A DNA stretch of 64,000 nucleotides from Thecamonas trahens ATCC 50062 (Eukaryota; Protista; Apusomonadida), in contig NW_013657639.1 in assembly GCF_000142905.1 (NCBI RefSeq), positions 222,559 to 286,558 on the forward strand. Reading direction: 5' to 3'. The position numbers and the translations under genes were made by a program. This document shows positions 20,892 through 33,300 of this stretch, piece after piece. Each line of letters starts with the position of its first letter. Position 1 is the stretch's first letter. The notes beneath the pieces were generated by a model, which was given only the letters and a program-made list of their open reading frames with translations, did no database searches and was not told the DNA's origin.

Positions 20892-21519
20892 GGTAGTCGA
20901 CAAGTGGTCGTCGCCTGAACAAGCAAGCAACTTTGGCGTCGGTGATCGCGATCAGCACCGCAAAGCCGGAAAAGGCCGTGCAAAAGAAGGCCAAGCCAAA
21001 GTCAAGGCGAGACCATGCCGAGGCCAAGCCATCCTCCCAACCATACGCTCGATGCGCGATCTCGCCCTATATTTACCACCACTACCGATCCTGCCCTAAT
21101 CTTAGGACACTGGCTATCCCCCCCCCCCCCCCTCCCCCCCCTCCCCCCCTCCCCCCCCCCCATACAGCGGACATGCAGGCCTCCAGGGCAAGTCCCCAAG
21201 GGCAAGTCCCCAACAACAACCGCCGCAACCACCACCCATACCATCATCATCATCGTCACCATCACAGACACAGCCTCTAACAGAGAACCATGCCCATTAC
21301 CATCAACAGCTTGCAACTCCCCCCCCCCCATACCCGTCCCCCTTTCAGCCATCTGGAAATGACCTTCCTGCCACGTCGCGATGTCCCGCCGCGCTTACTC
21401 CCTCTCCCACACTCCCCGTCCGCCACACTCCCCCTACCAAGGATACGTCCTCCCCAGTCACCCTCTCCGCACACACTCCCACCCACTACACCCAACTCCT
21501 CCGGTGGAGAGTAACAAAC

Positions 21520-24500
21520 ATGCAACCCGGTATGTCCTTCCCCTTCCCCCCCCCTACCCCCTCTTCTCCCTTGCCCCCCTCCCCTCCCCTTTCCCTGTCC
21601 CACCTTCTGCCAAGTCTCACACATTTCCCTCTCCATTGACCCTCCCCCCCTTGCACCCCCCCCCCCTTCCTCTTACCACAGGTCGCCCAGGCCCCCCACC
21701 CTCTACTCGTCCTGGCATGGGAGCTCCTCCTGCAGGCACTCGTCCTGCTCCTGCTGGGGCTCCTCCTCAAGGCCGTCAACCGCCTCCCTCCTCGACTGCT
21801 GCGCCTCCTACTGGTCGTCCTGCTGCTGGTGGTGGTCCGGGCCAGGTCCGCATGTTCAACCCAGCAGCTGCGGGTGCTTCCGCTGGTGCTCCCCGTGGCC
21901 GTGGTGGTCCGCCCACCCGTGGTCGTGGCGGCCCGCCCACTCGGGGTGGTCCTCCGACTCGTGGTCGTGGCGGTCCGGCTATGCGTGGACGTGGTGGACC
22001 GCCTACCCGTGGTCGTGGTGGTCCTCCGACACGCGGTCGCGGCGGCCCGCCTGCCCGTGGCGGTCGCGGTGGTGCACGCATGCCGCCGCCACCCACAGGC
22101 GCTGTCGCTCCGCCTGGCATGGAGAACTCCGAGTCGATTGTCGGCGGCGGCGTGCCGCTGTCGGTCGAGACTGCTGCCGACCCGTCGCGGGTCCGTATGG
22201 GCCCGCCGCCGACATCAGCCGGCCGCCGACTGGCGGTCCACCCCGCGCCGGCGGCCCGCCTCCTACCGGTGGCCCGCCTCCTACTGGTGGCCCGCCTCCT
22301 ACCGGTGGCCCGCCTCCTACCGGTGGCCCGCCGCGCGCTGGTGGTCCGCCCCGCGCCGGTGGTCCGCCCCGCGCTGGTGGCCCGCCCCGCGCTGGTGGCC
22401 CGCCTCCCGCCGGTGGCCCGCCCCGGACTGCAGGCCCCCCCCGGACGGGCAACCCTGCGATGCGGCGGTACCCGCCCCCAAGCGCGGCCACGACTGGACC
22501 GCCGCCGGCTGGCAGCGGCCCAGTGGGCCCGGGCTCGAGCGCGGCGCCGCAGCCGCCGCACGCAGCTTCAGCTAGCAACGGACGGGCGTCGTCGAGCACC
22601 GGCCCGCCGACGGGCTCAGCCAACTTTCGGTTCGGCTCTGAGCAGCACGGCGGCGACGGAGTCCCGCGGCCGGTCAACGACGAGTTCATTCTCCCGCCTG
22701 ACGATGTGGCGCAGCATCCGTCGCTGGGCCCGATGTCGTCGGACCCGTTCCACTTCCGGCCGACCATCCACGCGGTGCCTGCGACCGAGGCTCTGCTCAA
22801 CTCGACGGGCCTCACGTTTGGTGCTGTGCTCTCGCCGTTTGCAGAGAAGCCTGACGAGGAGGTGCCAACGGTACAGCAGACGCGTGCCGGGATTGTGCGG
22901 TGCCGGCGGTGCCGATCGTATGTGCATCCGTTTGTGCAGTGGCTCGACCACGGGCGCAAGTGGCGGTGCTCGGTGTGCCACCTCGTCAACGACTGCCCCG
23001 AGGCGTTCCGCGGGCGGGTCGACGAGCGCGGGCGACGGGTCGACGCGGCAGAGCGGACCGAGCTCTCGTGCGGGTCTGTCGAGTATGTGGCGCCAAAGGA
23101 GTACATGATGCGCGCGCCGCAGCCGCCGACGTACGTGTTTGTCATTGACGTGTCAGCGACGTCAGCGGCGTCGTCGATTCCCGAGGTGGTGGCTTCAACG
23201 CTCTCCAACTCGCTGGAGGACATCTATGAGGACGAGCGGGCGCTGGTGGCGTTTATCACCTACGACTCGAAGCTGCACTTTTACGGGCTCGACTCGGCGT
23301 TCATGCAGCCGCGCATGATGGTCGTCTCCGAATTTGCCGACGGCGTGGAGCTCCCTGCGCCGACCCCGCGCATGCTTGTGCGGGCGTCTGAGGCGCGCGA
23401 GAACATCGAGCACCTGCTCGAGGGCTTCCCGACGATGTTTGAGGACAACCAAGACTCCGGCGCGGCGCTCGGGCCCGCGCTGCAGGCCGCGTTCTCGATG
23501 GTGGGCCACGTCGGCGGCAAGGTGCTTGTGGTGGCGGCCGGACGGCCGTCGGTCGGCGCCGGCGCGGTCAAAGCGCGCGACGAGCGCAAGGCCATCGGAA
23601 CGGCCAAGGAGTCTGCGCTCCTCACGCCTGCTGACAACTTTTACAAGCTGCTTGCTGTCGACGCCGCGCCGCTCCACGTCTCGTTTGACCTGTTCATGCT
23701 CGCACAGCGGCCGTCGGAGCTCTCGACGGTCTCGTCGCTCTCGCGGCACACGGGCGGCAAGGTCTTCTTCTACCCCAACTTTTCGCTCTCCAAGGACGGC
23801 CAGCGGGTGTCGGCGGACCTATCGGCGATGATTACGCGGCCGACCGGGTGGGAGGCGGTGATGCGGATCCGTTGCTCGCGCGGGCTCAAGATCACCGGCT
23901 TCCACGGACACTACTTTGCGCGGTCGTCAGACCTGCTCGCCCTGCCCAACGTGGATGCGGCGTCGACGTTTGGCGTCACCATTGCCATCGAAGACTCTGC
24001 ACTCGAGGGCGCGCGGTCCAAGTTCTCTTACGCTACCATGCAGGCCGCGCTCCTGTACACGGCATCCAACGGCGAGCGACGCATTCGGGTCCACACACTG
24101 GCGCTCCCGATTGTGGCCGAGCTGCCAGCGGTGTACCAGGCGGCGGACGCGCCGTGCATGGCGGCGCTGCTCCTCAAGATGGCGACGCTCAAGGCTGAGT
24201 CGTCGACCATCGAGGATGCGCGGTCGGCCATGCTCAACAAGATGGACGATATCGTCAAGTCGTTCAAGAGCCTCTCCAAGTCGGCCGGTGGCTCGGGCCA
24301 GCTTGTGCTCCCGGCCTCGCTCCGCCTTCTCCCGTACTACACACTCGCCGGACTCAAGAACCGGGCGCTGCGTGTCGAGGGGGCCGGCTCGGTCGACGGG
24401 CGGTCGTTTGCGCTCACTCGCGCCCGCACTCTCCCGGTCCACTACCTTCTGCACACCATTGCGCCGCGGCTCTTCCGCGTCCAGCCCGGGCCGGTCAACC

Positions 24501-24892
24501 CGCAGCTGAGCAAGCTTCCGCTCACGCTCTCGCTCACCGCCGCGAGCCTCGGCTCGGACCACGTCATGCTCCTCGACACCATGTCGGCGCTCTGGCTCTG
24601 GGTCGGCCGCGACACGCCCGGCCCGGTCATCCGCGCAGTCTTTGGCATGGACTCACTGGCCTCGGTCGAGTCGACCCAGCTCCGCCTCCAGCCGCTCGAC
24701 AACGATCTCTCTGCCCACGTCTTTGCTATGATCTCGCTCATCCGCTCGCAGCGCGACGAGTACATGCCCGTCTACATCGTCAAGCAGGACGGCCGCTACC
24801 ACGCCTCGTTTTGCTCGTTCCTCGTCGAAGACCGCTCGTCGTCGGTCATGGCCTATCCCGAGTACCTCCAGGCACTTGCCAAGAAGAAGTAG
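21520..24892 (+). CDS. SEC24: COPII coat subunit Sec24 (Sec24A/B-like); exon 21520-21529, intron 21530-21681, apparent -1 frameshift near 22222
   Basis: Zn finger CRRCRSYVHPF...WRCSVCHLVN, EYMMRAPQPPTYVFVIDVS, GWEAVMRIRCSRG, GERRIRVHT, FLVEDR, Pro/Gly-rich N-terminus. Confidence 0.93.
22225..22450 (+). repeat. 18-bp coding repeat encoding GGPPPT/GGPPRA in the Sec24 N-terminus
   Basis: About 12 imperfect units. Confidence 0.85.
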
Positions 24893-24994
24893 GAGTGGTA
24901 AAAGTGCTCCCACTGTTAGCTGTCGCCCACACACGCCTCCAGCTAGCCAAGCCAACCAGCACACACTCACCCACACCAAGGTCATCAGGGCAAC

Positions 24995-25957
24995 TCATTC
25001 GCATTCACTGTCAATGAGATCCAGCTCCTCCAGCAACGAGATCTCGGTCGGCGAGAGGGTGTGGGCCTTGAGCCGCGACTGCTGCTCGGTGAGCCACGAG
25101 TTAAGGACAGGCGACCAGGACCTGACGACAGCGGCAAAGGCTTGGTCGGTCGAGCCGACGAGGTCGCGGATGCGGAGCGCAAGCTCGTAGCACATCCACC
25201 AGGTCGGGCAGCGGGTGGCGAGTGGCGGAGCACGCGCCGACGCCGCGGTGGCCTTCGCCGGGGCGCCGCGGTGACGCGGGACGGCCGACTCAAAGACCGG
25301 CGCGGCGTCCTCACGAACAAGCCTCCGCAGATGCTTGTGAACGAGCGACGGCGGCGAGAACGGCGGCGTGGGAGTCCGACGGAACGCCGGCGAGACTTCG
25401 GCGGCGGGCGTCATCCGCGGCAGCGCGACCTCCATGGCCAGCATCGGCGGCGGCGTGAGGCCACGGTGCTTCTTGGCTGGCGGACAGAAGCAGAGGGCGG
25501 CGGACGACGGCGAGTCCCAGTCGCCAGCCATGGATGCCTCGACGTCCGGATCGTCACACCCACCGGTGACGAGCCAGGGGTTGGACAGAGCGCGCTTGCG
25601 CGAGAGGACCGGCGGGCGCGGCTCAAGGTCGAGCGCCGGCGCCGACGATGCGGCCCGGACAAAGCCAAGCGGCGAGTCCGGACGAGCGAGGGCCATGCCG
25701 AGGACCGGCGCCGAGGCAAAGCGGGCAAGAGAACGGCGGGGACGCCCGCCACGTGACGGCTCGGCCGCACACACCTGCATGGCTGCCAGGCCGTCGTGCG
25801 AGGTCGGAAAGGCGTGGCCCGAACGGGTGGCGAGGCGAAGCGGGGCGGGAGAAGCGCGAGCCGCCGGTGTTCCGTGAAACGGGCGGGGGTGAGGGGCGGA
25901 GGACGAGGATTTGAGCGGCGGAAAGGTGGCCTGGACCATGGACTCTGTCCGGCGCAT
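24995..25957 (-). CDS. Hypothetical disordered protein with a C-terminal helicase-associated (HA)-like domain
   Basis: WWMCYELAL...G...LNSWLTEQQSRLKAHTLSPTEISLLEELDL resembles W...Y..L...L..W...QR......L...RI..L..IGF. Confidence 0.55.
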   Translation of the reverse strand: MRRTESMVQATFPPLKSSSSAPHPRPFHGTPAARASPAPLRLATRSGHAFPTSHDGLAAMQVCAAEPSRGGRPRRSLARFASAPVLGMALARPDSPLGFVRAASSAPALDLEPRPPVLSRKRALSNPWLVTGGCDDPDVEASMAGDWDSPSSAALCFCPPAKKHRGLTPPPMLAMEVALPRMTPAAEVSPAFRRTPTPPFSPPSLVHKHLRRLVREDAAPVFESAVPRHRGAPAKATAASARAPPLATRCPTWWMCYELALRIRDLVGSTDQAFAAVVRSWSPVLNSWLTEQQSRLKAHTLSPTEISLLEELDLIDSECE

Positions 25958-26888
25958 GGTGGGACGGTCTTCCTGGACCGCTCTACCCCTTGGTTTGCCT
26001 GTACGCCCCGGGAAGCGGGGCCCCAGACGGGCGGCGAAAACCGACGAAATCTCGCCGAATTCCAAACACCGCCTTTTCCACACTCACCAAGCTTTCGCCA
26101 AGCACCACCTCCACGTCGAGCTCAGCCAAGAGCTTCGGCCACAGAGAGTGGGTGGGGGAGGGGAGGATGGGGATGGAGGGACTCTGCTTGGTTGTTTGAG
26201 AAACAACTAGCAAAGGCTTGCAAGGTGAATGCCGCGGTGAGACGCGGAGAGAGTGGTGTCGGTCCATCTCGCGCGACTTTGGTCCTCGAGCCTTACCTTG
26301 AACATGTTGTGCATTGTCGCGTCCTTCGTCGAAGCTGCCGTCGACGACCGACTCGCGTCACCATCATTGACCATGATTAATGAACGTCAAATTAATCGTT
26401 GCCCTCTGTCGTGTCATCACACTTGCTCACAGTGGCTCAACCTTCGAAAAAGTATCGAATGGTAATGAATACCGGCGAAAGAAGCAACGATGGGTGTGGG
26501 CCGCAAAAAATGGCTGGCGTTACCAAATAGGGGCAAAAACCCTCATGGTAACACCGGGACTGGGAAATGGGTGCCGCTTCTTGAAATCAGGCCTTGGCTG
26601 CCGTGGAAGTGTGTCGGATCTGGTTGCTTTGCCTGCATTCGAAGAGGTGGTGCCTGGTGAAGCAGAGGTGTGGCGTCCGGCTGTATTCCGGTCGACCAGC
26701 ACCCCCACACACACACACCCCGCCACTGCTACCGCTACCCAACACTTCCACTATCACTCTACTCTGAGGCATGCCGTTGCGAACGAGGCACAAGCGGGTG
26801 CTTCGCCGGGCGGTCTCTCGGCTTTTAGCCTACACCCTTGGTACGGGCCGGGCAGGAGGAAGGGGCCATGGATTGAATAAGTTGCGCA

Positions 26889-27006
26889 NNNNNNNNNNNN
26901 NNNNNNNNNNNNNNNNNNNNNNNNNNNNNNNNNNNNNNNNNNNNNNNNNNNNNNNNNNNNNNNNNNNNNNNNNNNNNNNNNNNNNNNNNNNNNNNNNNNN
27001 NNNNNN
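26889..27006. other. Assembly gap (N run)
   Basis: Run of n characters. Confidence 1.
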
Positions 27007-27392
27007 TGGAAGGGAAAGTTGGTGGTACGGGCCGGGCAGGAGGGAAGGGGGGGGGGGGGGGGGGGGGGGGGAGGGAGGTGTGGTGGGACAGCGGACGGGG
27101 GAAGGTATGGGTATATGGACATAGACATACACTCACACATAGAATGAGGTCACATGGGATGCGGAATGGTTATGGGTGGGGGTGGGGGGGATGGTGTGGG
27201 GGTGTGGCGTCTGTGTATGTGCCTGTCTGTTTGGACGGGGCGTGTGTGTGGGGGGCGTGTGGGGGGTTGGGCGGCGTGGGGCGACGCCGGTCACGGGGGG
27301 CATGGGCATGATGATACTTCTGCTGCTCCCGGTCCTGCTACTGGTGCTTGGGCGTCTTACCCTCTTCTTTCGTGCCCTCGTCCATACTCTGC

Positions 27393-30300
27393 ATGTCTGG
27401 CGACACCACAGGTGCGGTGGCCACCACGCCTGAACATGTGGCCACTCTTGCCCAGGCCGCACGAGTCATCCTTCCCTATCAACAGCAACAGTATACCTCA
27501 AGTCAAGAGGCGGCAAACCAGACGGAGCTGGCCTCGTCACTAAGCGGTGATGTTGGCTCAGGCTCGGGTCACTGGGACTCGCTGCGGTTCAACTCGGCAC
27601 GGTACGGGTGTGACGGGCTTAACGGCGTCGTTGGCCGCGCGGAGATTGAGCTCTCCTTTACAGACTTTGTCGAGACGTTTGAGCCGGTGCTTGCGCCGGC
27701 ATCGCCCGGCAGTGAACCGAGCGCTATGACGGTCGAGCTTGTCTCGCTGCGGGTCCTCCACTCGCTGCGGCAGCGCGAGCTCGCGACCAGCTCGCCGTGT
27801 TCAGAGGCAGACGACAGCGTCCGCCACGATCTGGGGGCCATGGACGTCCTGGCTCTGCCGGCGAGTGTTGTGGCACGCATTGCGTCGCTTCTTCCGATCG
27901 AGGACCTGCTCACGGCCGGTGATGTGTGTCTTGCGTGGCGCGAGCGGTTCCGGTCCAACGACATCTGGCGCCAGGCGTGCCGGCTGGCGTGGGGCCGACT
28001 TCCAGCATGCGCCGACAATAACGACGGCTCACTGGCTGCGGCCGCAGAAGCAAGTATTCGTGCGGCTGCCTCCCCGGTCGACGGCCTCATCCTTGCACTC
28101 GAGTACCCGGCGTCGGCTCCGCCCGACCCCGAGACGCTGTTGAGCGAACGAGACAGTCCTCAGCCGGTTCCGCGCGTTCTCGAACTTGTCTCTGGTGATG
28201 TCCTTGATCGACTCAACGCCTATCTTCGCAAGCCGCAGCCGTCGCTGCTGGTCAAGCTACTGGCAACATACGCTGACGACGGCCAGCCCCAGGTGGCATC
28301 GGCGGCGATGACGTACGTTCTGCAGCAACTCAAGTTCCGAGCGTTCAAGTCTGCGGTCATGTCGTTTCTCCTCGACGACCTCACACCAACCCAGATTGGG
28401 TGGTGCGAGGCGTTCACCCAAGCGCGAACCGCCGGTGTCGCCGCCGCGCAGTGGGAGGCCGACGCGCTCCTGCCGGTCTTTGAGACTGCACGGGCGGCGC
28501 TCAAGGCGTCCGAGGCTTCGGCGCCTGCGCTCCGCGCCCAGGTCGAAGCCCTTGTCGTGCCGCAGCATCGGGCGCTTGGACAAGTCCTTGTTCACCGCAT
28601 CTCCGGCGTCCTGCCCTCGCTCTTTGCCTCGGTCGACCTCGACAGCGAGACCTCGCCGCTATTTGCGGCGCTCCACGGCGCGCTCGCGTCGCACCTCGCT
28701 GCCGCCGCTGCCCAGCATGTTCCACTCGTCGACGTCACGCCGTTTAACGTCGACCGAGTTCTCACCGACCTCGTCGACTCGGGTCTCACCTCAGGCCAAT
28801 TCTTTTCCACGCCGGTCGAGGTTCAATACGTGGCCCACCTCGTCATTGTGCACTTTCGTTTCGCGTCGGCTAAACGGCCGTCGCGGGTCACCTCGCTTCT
28901 CACCTTCAAGTCGAGCTCAAACACAGGCTCGGGCTCACTGGCGATGGCGGCAGCGGCTGCAGCTGCGGCGGCGAACGGCGAGGCGACGCTCACCCGCTCG
29001 CTGTCGTCATCGATCTCACACACGACAAGCTGGAAGCCGACGCCGTCTCTAGACGTCATTGTGGGTGCGGTGCCAGACACTCTGCTCAACACCTTTGTCT
29101 GTGCGCTGCTGCAGATCCCGCTGCTTCGCGGCGAGTTTGTGAGGCGGCTCTCTGACGGGCGACGGGCGCTGGCCATCAACGCCATTCTCGCGGTTCTGGC
29201 CGCGCGGACCAAGGCCGGGGCGTCATCGTTGCGGGCGGTGCTCCTCCGGGGCTACTTTGCGCAGCTAAGTCTCGACCCGGCCAACGACCCTCGCGAGACA
29301 AACCTCGTCGAGCTCATTGATGCCATCCTGCAGGCTATCGAGGCGGGCGCTCCAAGAGGCTCGACGCTCATGGCCGACATTGCCGCCGGCTTTACAGCGC
29401 TCGGTGCGTACTGGACCGGACCGCGGCTCAAGACCCTCTTCCAAGAGGTTGAGCGGGCAACAACGACGTTTGTCTCGGACTTTGTTCCCTCGTTTGTCTC
29501 GATGTGGCACACTATCCAAGACTTTCAACTCACCGACGAGGTCCAGCACGGCCTCTTGGAGCGCGACGGCGGCCTGTTTGGCTCGCTCACGGCCGAGGAG
29601 CGCCCGCTCCGTGAAGTGCTCGAGAGCCTGCTGGCCCTCCGGCTCCTGCTCTCGGCGGCGGTCATCGAGACCCACCGCAAGTCAGGCCTCCTCATGCACG
29701 CCTTTTCATATGCCAACCGCATCAAGCAGCTCTGTGGGTTTGGCCTCCTCCTCTCGACAGTGGCCTCACTCGGCATCGAGGCCGACGACGACGATAGCGA
29801 GTGCTTTGGCGACGCCAACCTGCTCAACCTTTTCTTTGACGTTGTGCAGAACCCGTCGGTTCTTCGCGACCCCGACGAGCTCGATGTCGCCTTTGTCTAC
29901 CACGAGGCCGCCGCCTCGCTCGCCCGGCTGACAGAGCGGCAGGAAGCGCGCCTGGCGCAGGTCGTCAGCAGCGCCGAGGTTTCCGGTCCTGAGCTCAGCG
30001 AGCTTGTCCTCGCGTTTGAAGCCGACTCGGAGCAAGTGCTCGGGCTGAAGGAAGCGCTCGGAGTGGTGGTGTCGAATCCCGAACTGGCGCAGGGCCCGCT
30101 GGAGGAACTTGGCGTTGACACAGGCGTTGTCCACAAGCGAGTTGTCGAGTGTGCGGTCCAGCTCGAGACAATGCGGGTCCAGGCGGAGAGCATCCAGGCG
30201 CGGCTGGTTGATGGCCTCCTGGCGTCGGCGCTGGTCGAGCTGGCGGGGCTCGGCCCGCTTGACCGTCAAGTCCGCGATTCGCTGGCAAGCGCGTCGATGG

Positions 30301-33300
30301 TCGCCGGCGAGGCAGAGGCGCTCAAGACGCTTGGTGAGTTTGTGCGATTTGCCGAGGTCTCTGCGCTCGGCTTGCTCCCTTTCCACTTGCTGGATCAGTG
30401 GCAGCAAACTGTGCGGCTGGCAGCGGCGGCGTACGCTGCGGTGGCAGCAATGGCCCTGGCGGACCATACTCTCGCGCTTCCGTTTCTCGCCTTCCGGTTC
30501 TGGATTCGCGGGGGGAGTAAGTGCGAGCTGGTCCTGGGCTCGCTGTCAGCCACCGTGCTGGAAAAGTGGCTCGAGGCGTACGAGGTGGGCCAGCTGGCGA
30601 GCTCCACGCGCGACGCGGTCGATAGTATCGTGACGGCCGAGGCCGAGCTCGGTGAGCTCAACACCCGGCTGGGCAATCTGCTCTCGCGGCGCTCCGATGT
30701 CAAGGGCTTTATGATGGCGTACGAGGGCTACGAGCTGGCGCATGCCCGTGAGCCCGAGCGGGCCGAGGCCAAGTTTGCAGCTCAGCGGGGCGCGGCGCTC
30801 GGCTTTGTGCAGAGCCTCGGTGGTGAGGGCGAAGGCGAGGCGGCGGTCCCGGTCTGGTCGCAGGCGGCCAAAACCCAGCTCGCGGCCAAGACAGCGGCGC
30901 TCCGCGAGACCAGCGTCGAGTGGGTCGAGTGCCGGGCCGGCGAGCTTGTGGCCCAGCGGGAGCGGTTCTTTAGCTTTCTCCGCGACGTTGTCTCGGTCCT
31001 TGACGATCTGCTGGCATGCGAGCGTGCACGAGTGCGGCGGATGCGAATGCTCTTGCTGGATTTGACGTTCATGGAAGCGCGGGCGAATGGCATGCTTGAC
31101 GCGCTGCCGCACCGATTGGCGGTGTGCAAGTCTGGGCTCTCGGTGGCCACGTTTAGCAATGAGAGCACAGCGGCGAGTGAGCTGCTTGACCCTGCGTGGC
31201 CGCTAGTCTCGAGTGAGCTCGGGCTTTCTGCACAGGCACCGCTTGTGGTGGAGCTCGAGCTAGTGACTGTGGACGACATGTGGTCGCGAGCGATGGGCGA
31301 ACTTGCACGGCTCTCTGCCGAGATGGGCTCGTCGTGGCTAGGCAAGCTGGTCTCGGAGCTCGGTTCGCCGGTGAGCGTTTGGAACAGAGACGGGCGAGCC
31401 GGCCTCCTGGCGGCGATCCGCAAGCTTGACGCAGCAGCCAATCGAGCGCCCAAGGCGCGGCGGACCCTGACGCAGCTAGCCGGGGAGTACCTTGCCGTGG
31501 AGCGGCAACTTCCCGCCGAGGCCGAGCCAGCAAGCCTGGCGCTGAGCCGAAGCGTGATGGTGACGAGCGAGCTCGGAGTGCGGCAGCTGTCGATCGAGCA
31601 GGCAACGGCGGTGTTTCACTCGTTCCCGCTGGCCGACGACATCCGCCGAGTCGAGCCTGTCCATCACGGGCTACGGTACAGACCATCGCGGGCGCCGATG
31701 GCGCAGATGGCGGTCCAGCACCTGGGACGGCTGTTGTTTGGCGCCTCATCGCCGGTGGCATGGTCGACCGAGGTCTCGATCAGGACGGTTGGCAGCGATG
31801 AGGCGCGGGTCGAATCGCTCTGCGGCAAGCAGCTTGTGAGCCGCGTGGCCGGCATCGATCTGGCGCGCGCATTGCGATGGTACCCGCAGCTTGTAGATGC
31901 GATTGATATTGGGTCGTTCTCGCGAGCGTTTGTGATGTGTGTGCTGGCTGTACCCGACTCGCTGGCTGCCGGCCTCGTCTCGCTCCAGCTGTGCATGAGC
32001 GATGGCAAGCTGACGGCGTTTGTGGCGATTGACGATGCGCAGAGTGGCTTTTCCGGGCGCGGTGGGGTGCGACTGCGGTCGATCCTGCTCTGCATGCCGC
32101 AAATGCTTGCGGCGTTTGAGGCAACGACACGCGAGGTAGTGCTCGCGATCGAACCTGCGCTCTTTGTCCTTGAGTGGCTCGGGTTGGTGACCGGGGCCGC
32201 GGCGAGGGTCTCGAGCACGTTGTGGGGCAAGCATAGTGCGCGGATGGTGTACTCTCGGCTAGTGGCGCTGCAGAGAGTGCTACAGGACGAAGAGTCGGCC
32301 TCCCACCTCGCTCTCCTCAACGCTGTCTCGCCGACCGTGGGCGCGCTGTACTCGGCAGCAATCGAGTCAGAGGAGTACACGTCCGGGTTCTCGGCGTCGC
32401 TGCCGGAAGCGCTGTACCGGCGGTCGCGGTACTGGCCGTGGAGCGAGGGCGGTAAGGAGACGAGCAAGTATGAGCGTTTTACAATGGCGCGCGCGATTGA
32501 GGACTTGCTGCCGGTGGTGGACCTGAAGCTGCTGCGTCAGAGCGACGAAGAGCTTCTGCTCGATGCAGCACTCCGGGTGCCAGGCCTGACCAAGCTGACG
32601 CTTGTCGACCCAGGTGTGCCGCTGGGTAAGCTCGTGGAGGCTGTGGCATGGGCGCCGGAGCTGATGTGTGTGCGGTTGGTGCAGAGCACTGGGCAGGCGC
32701 CGCTGAAGTCACTGACGACTGAAGGGCTGATGGCACTTGGTACGGCGGTGTCGCAGCTCGAGCTTGGCCTCCTTCCTGGGGTGGAAGTCGCAGATTGGCG
32801 GCGGCTGATCACGTCCGGAGTGGCGCTTACAATTGTACTTGGGGCCGAGGGCGACGGGTTCCGGATGTGTGGGTCGCCGCCAGAGGAGCTTGAGCTTTGG
32901 CGCGAGCTTGTGGGCGTGCAGATGTGGCTGCTGGAGCAGGGCAGTGATGCCGGGCTTGTGCAGGTTGTGCGCTCTGTGGCACAAAGTGTGGCAACCAAGC
33001 CTGGGGCGCTGGCTACATTTCTGGCGCTGGAGGTCTCGCACGGACGGTCTGTTTTTGACTTTGCGGTGTACGAGAAGCGGAGCGGGGCTGTGCGGCGGCT
33101 GCTGGAGTTCTCGCCATCGTTGACCTCGTACGACACGTTTGGCTACACGCCGCTGCATCGGGCGGCTGCGATGTGTGCGCCCGACCTTGTTCAGATGCTG
33201 CTGGAGGCGTACGCGGCGCGGTGTGGCAGCCACGTGAGCCGGCTGGAGTCACACTTTGCGTACGTGGGGCTCGCGAGTGGGGCGTCGGGAAAGCGGACGG

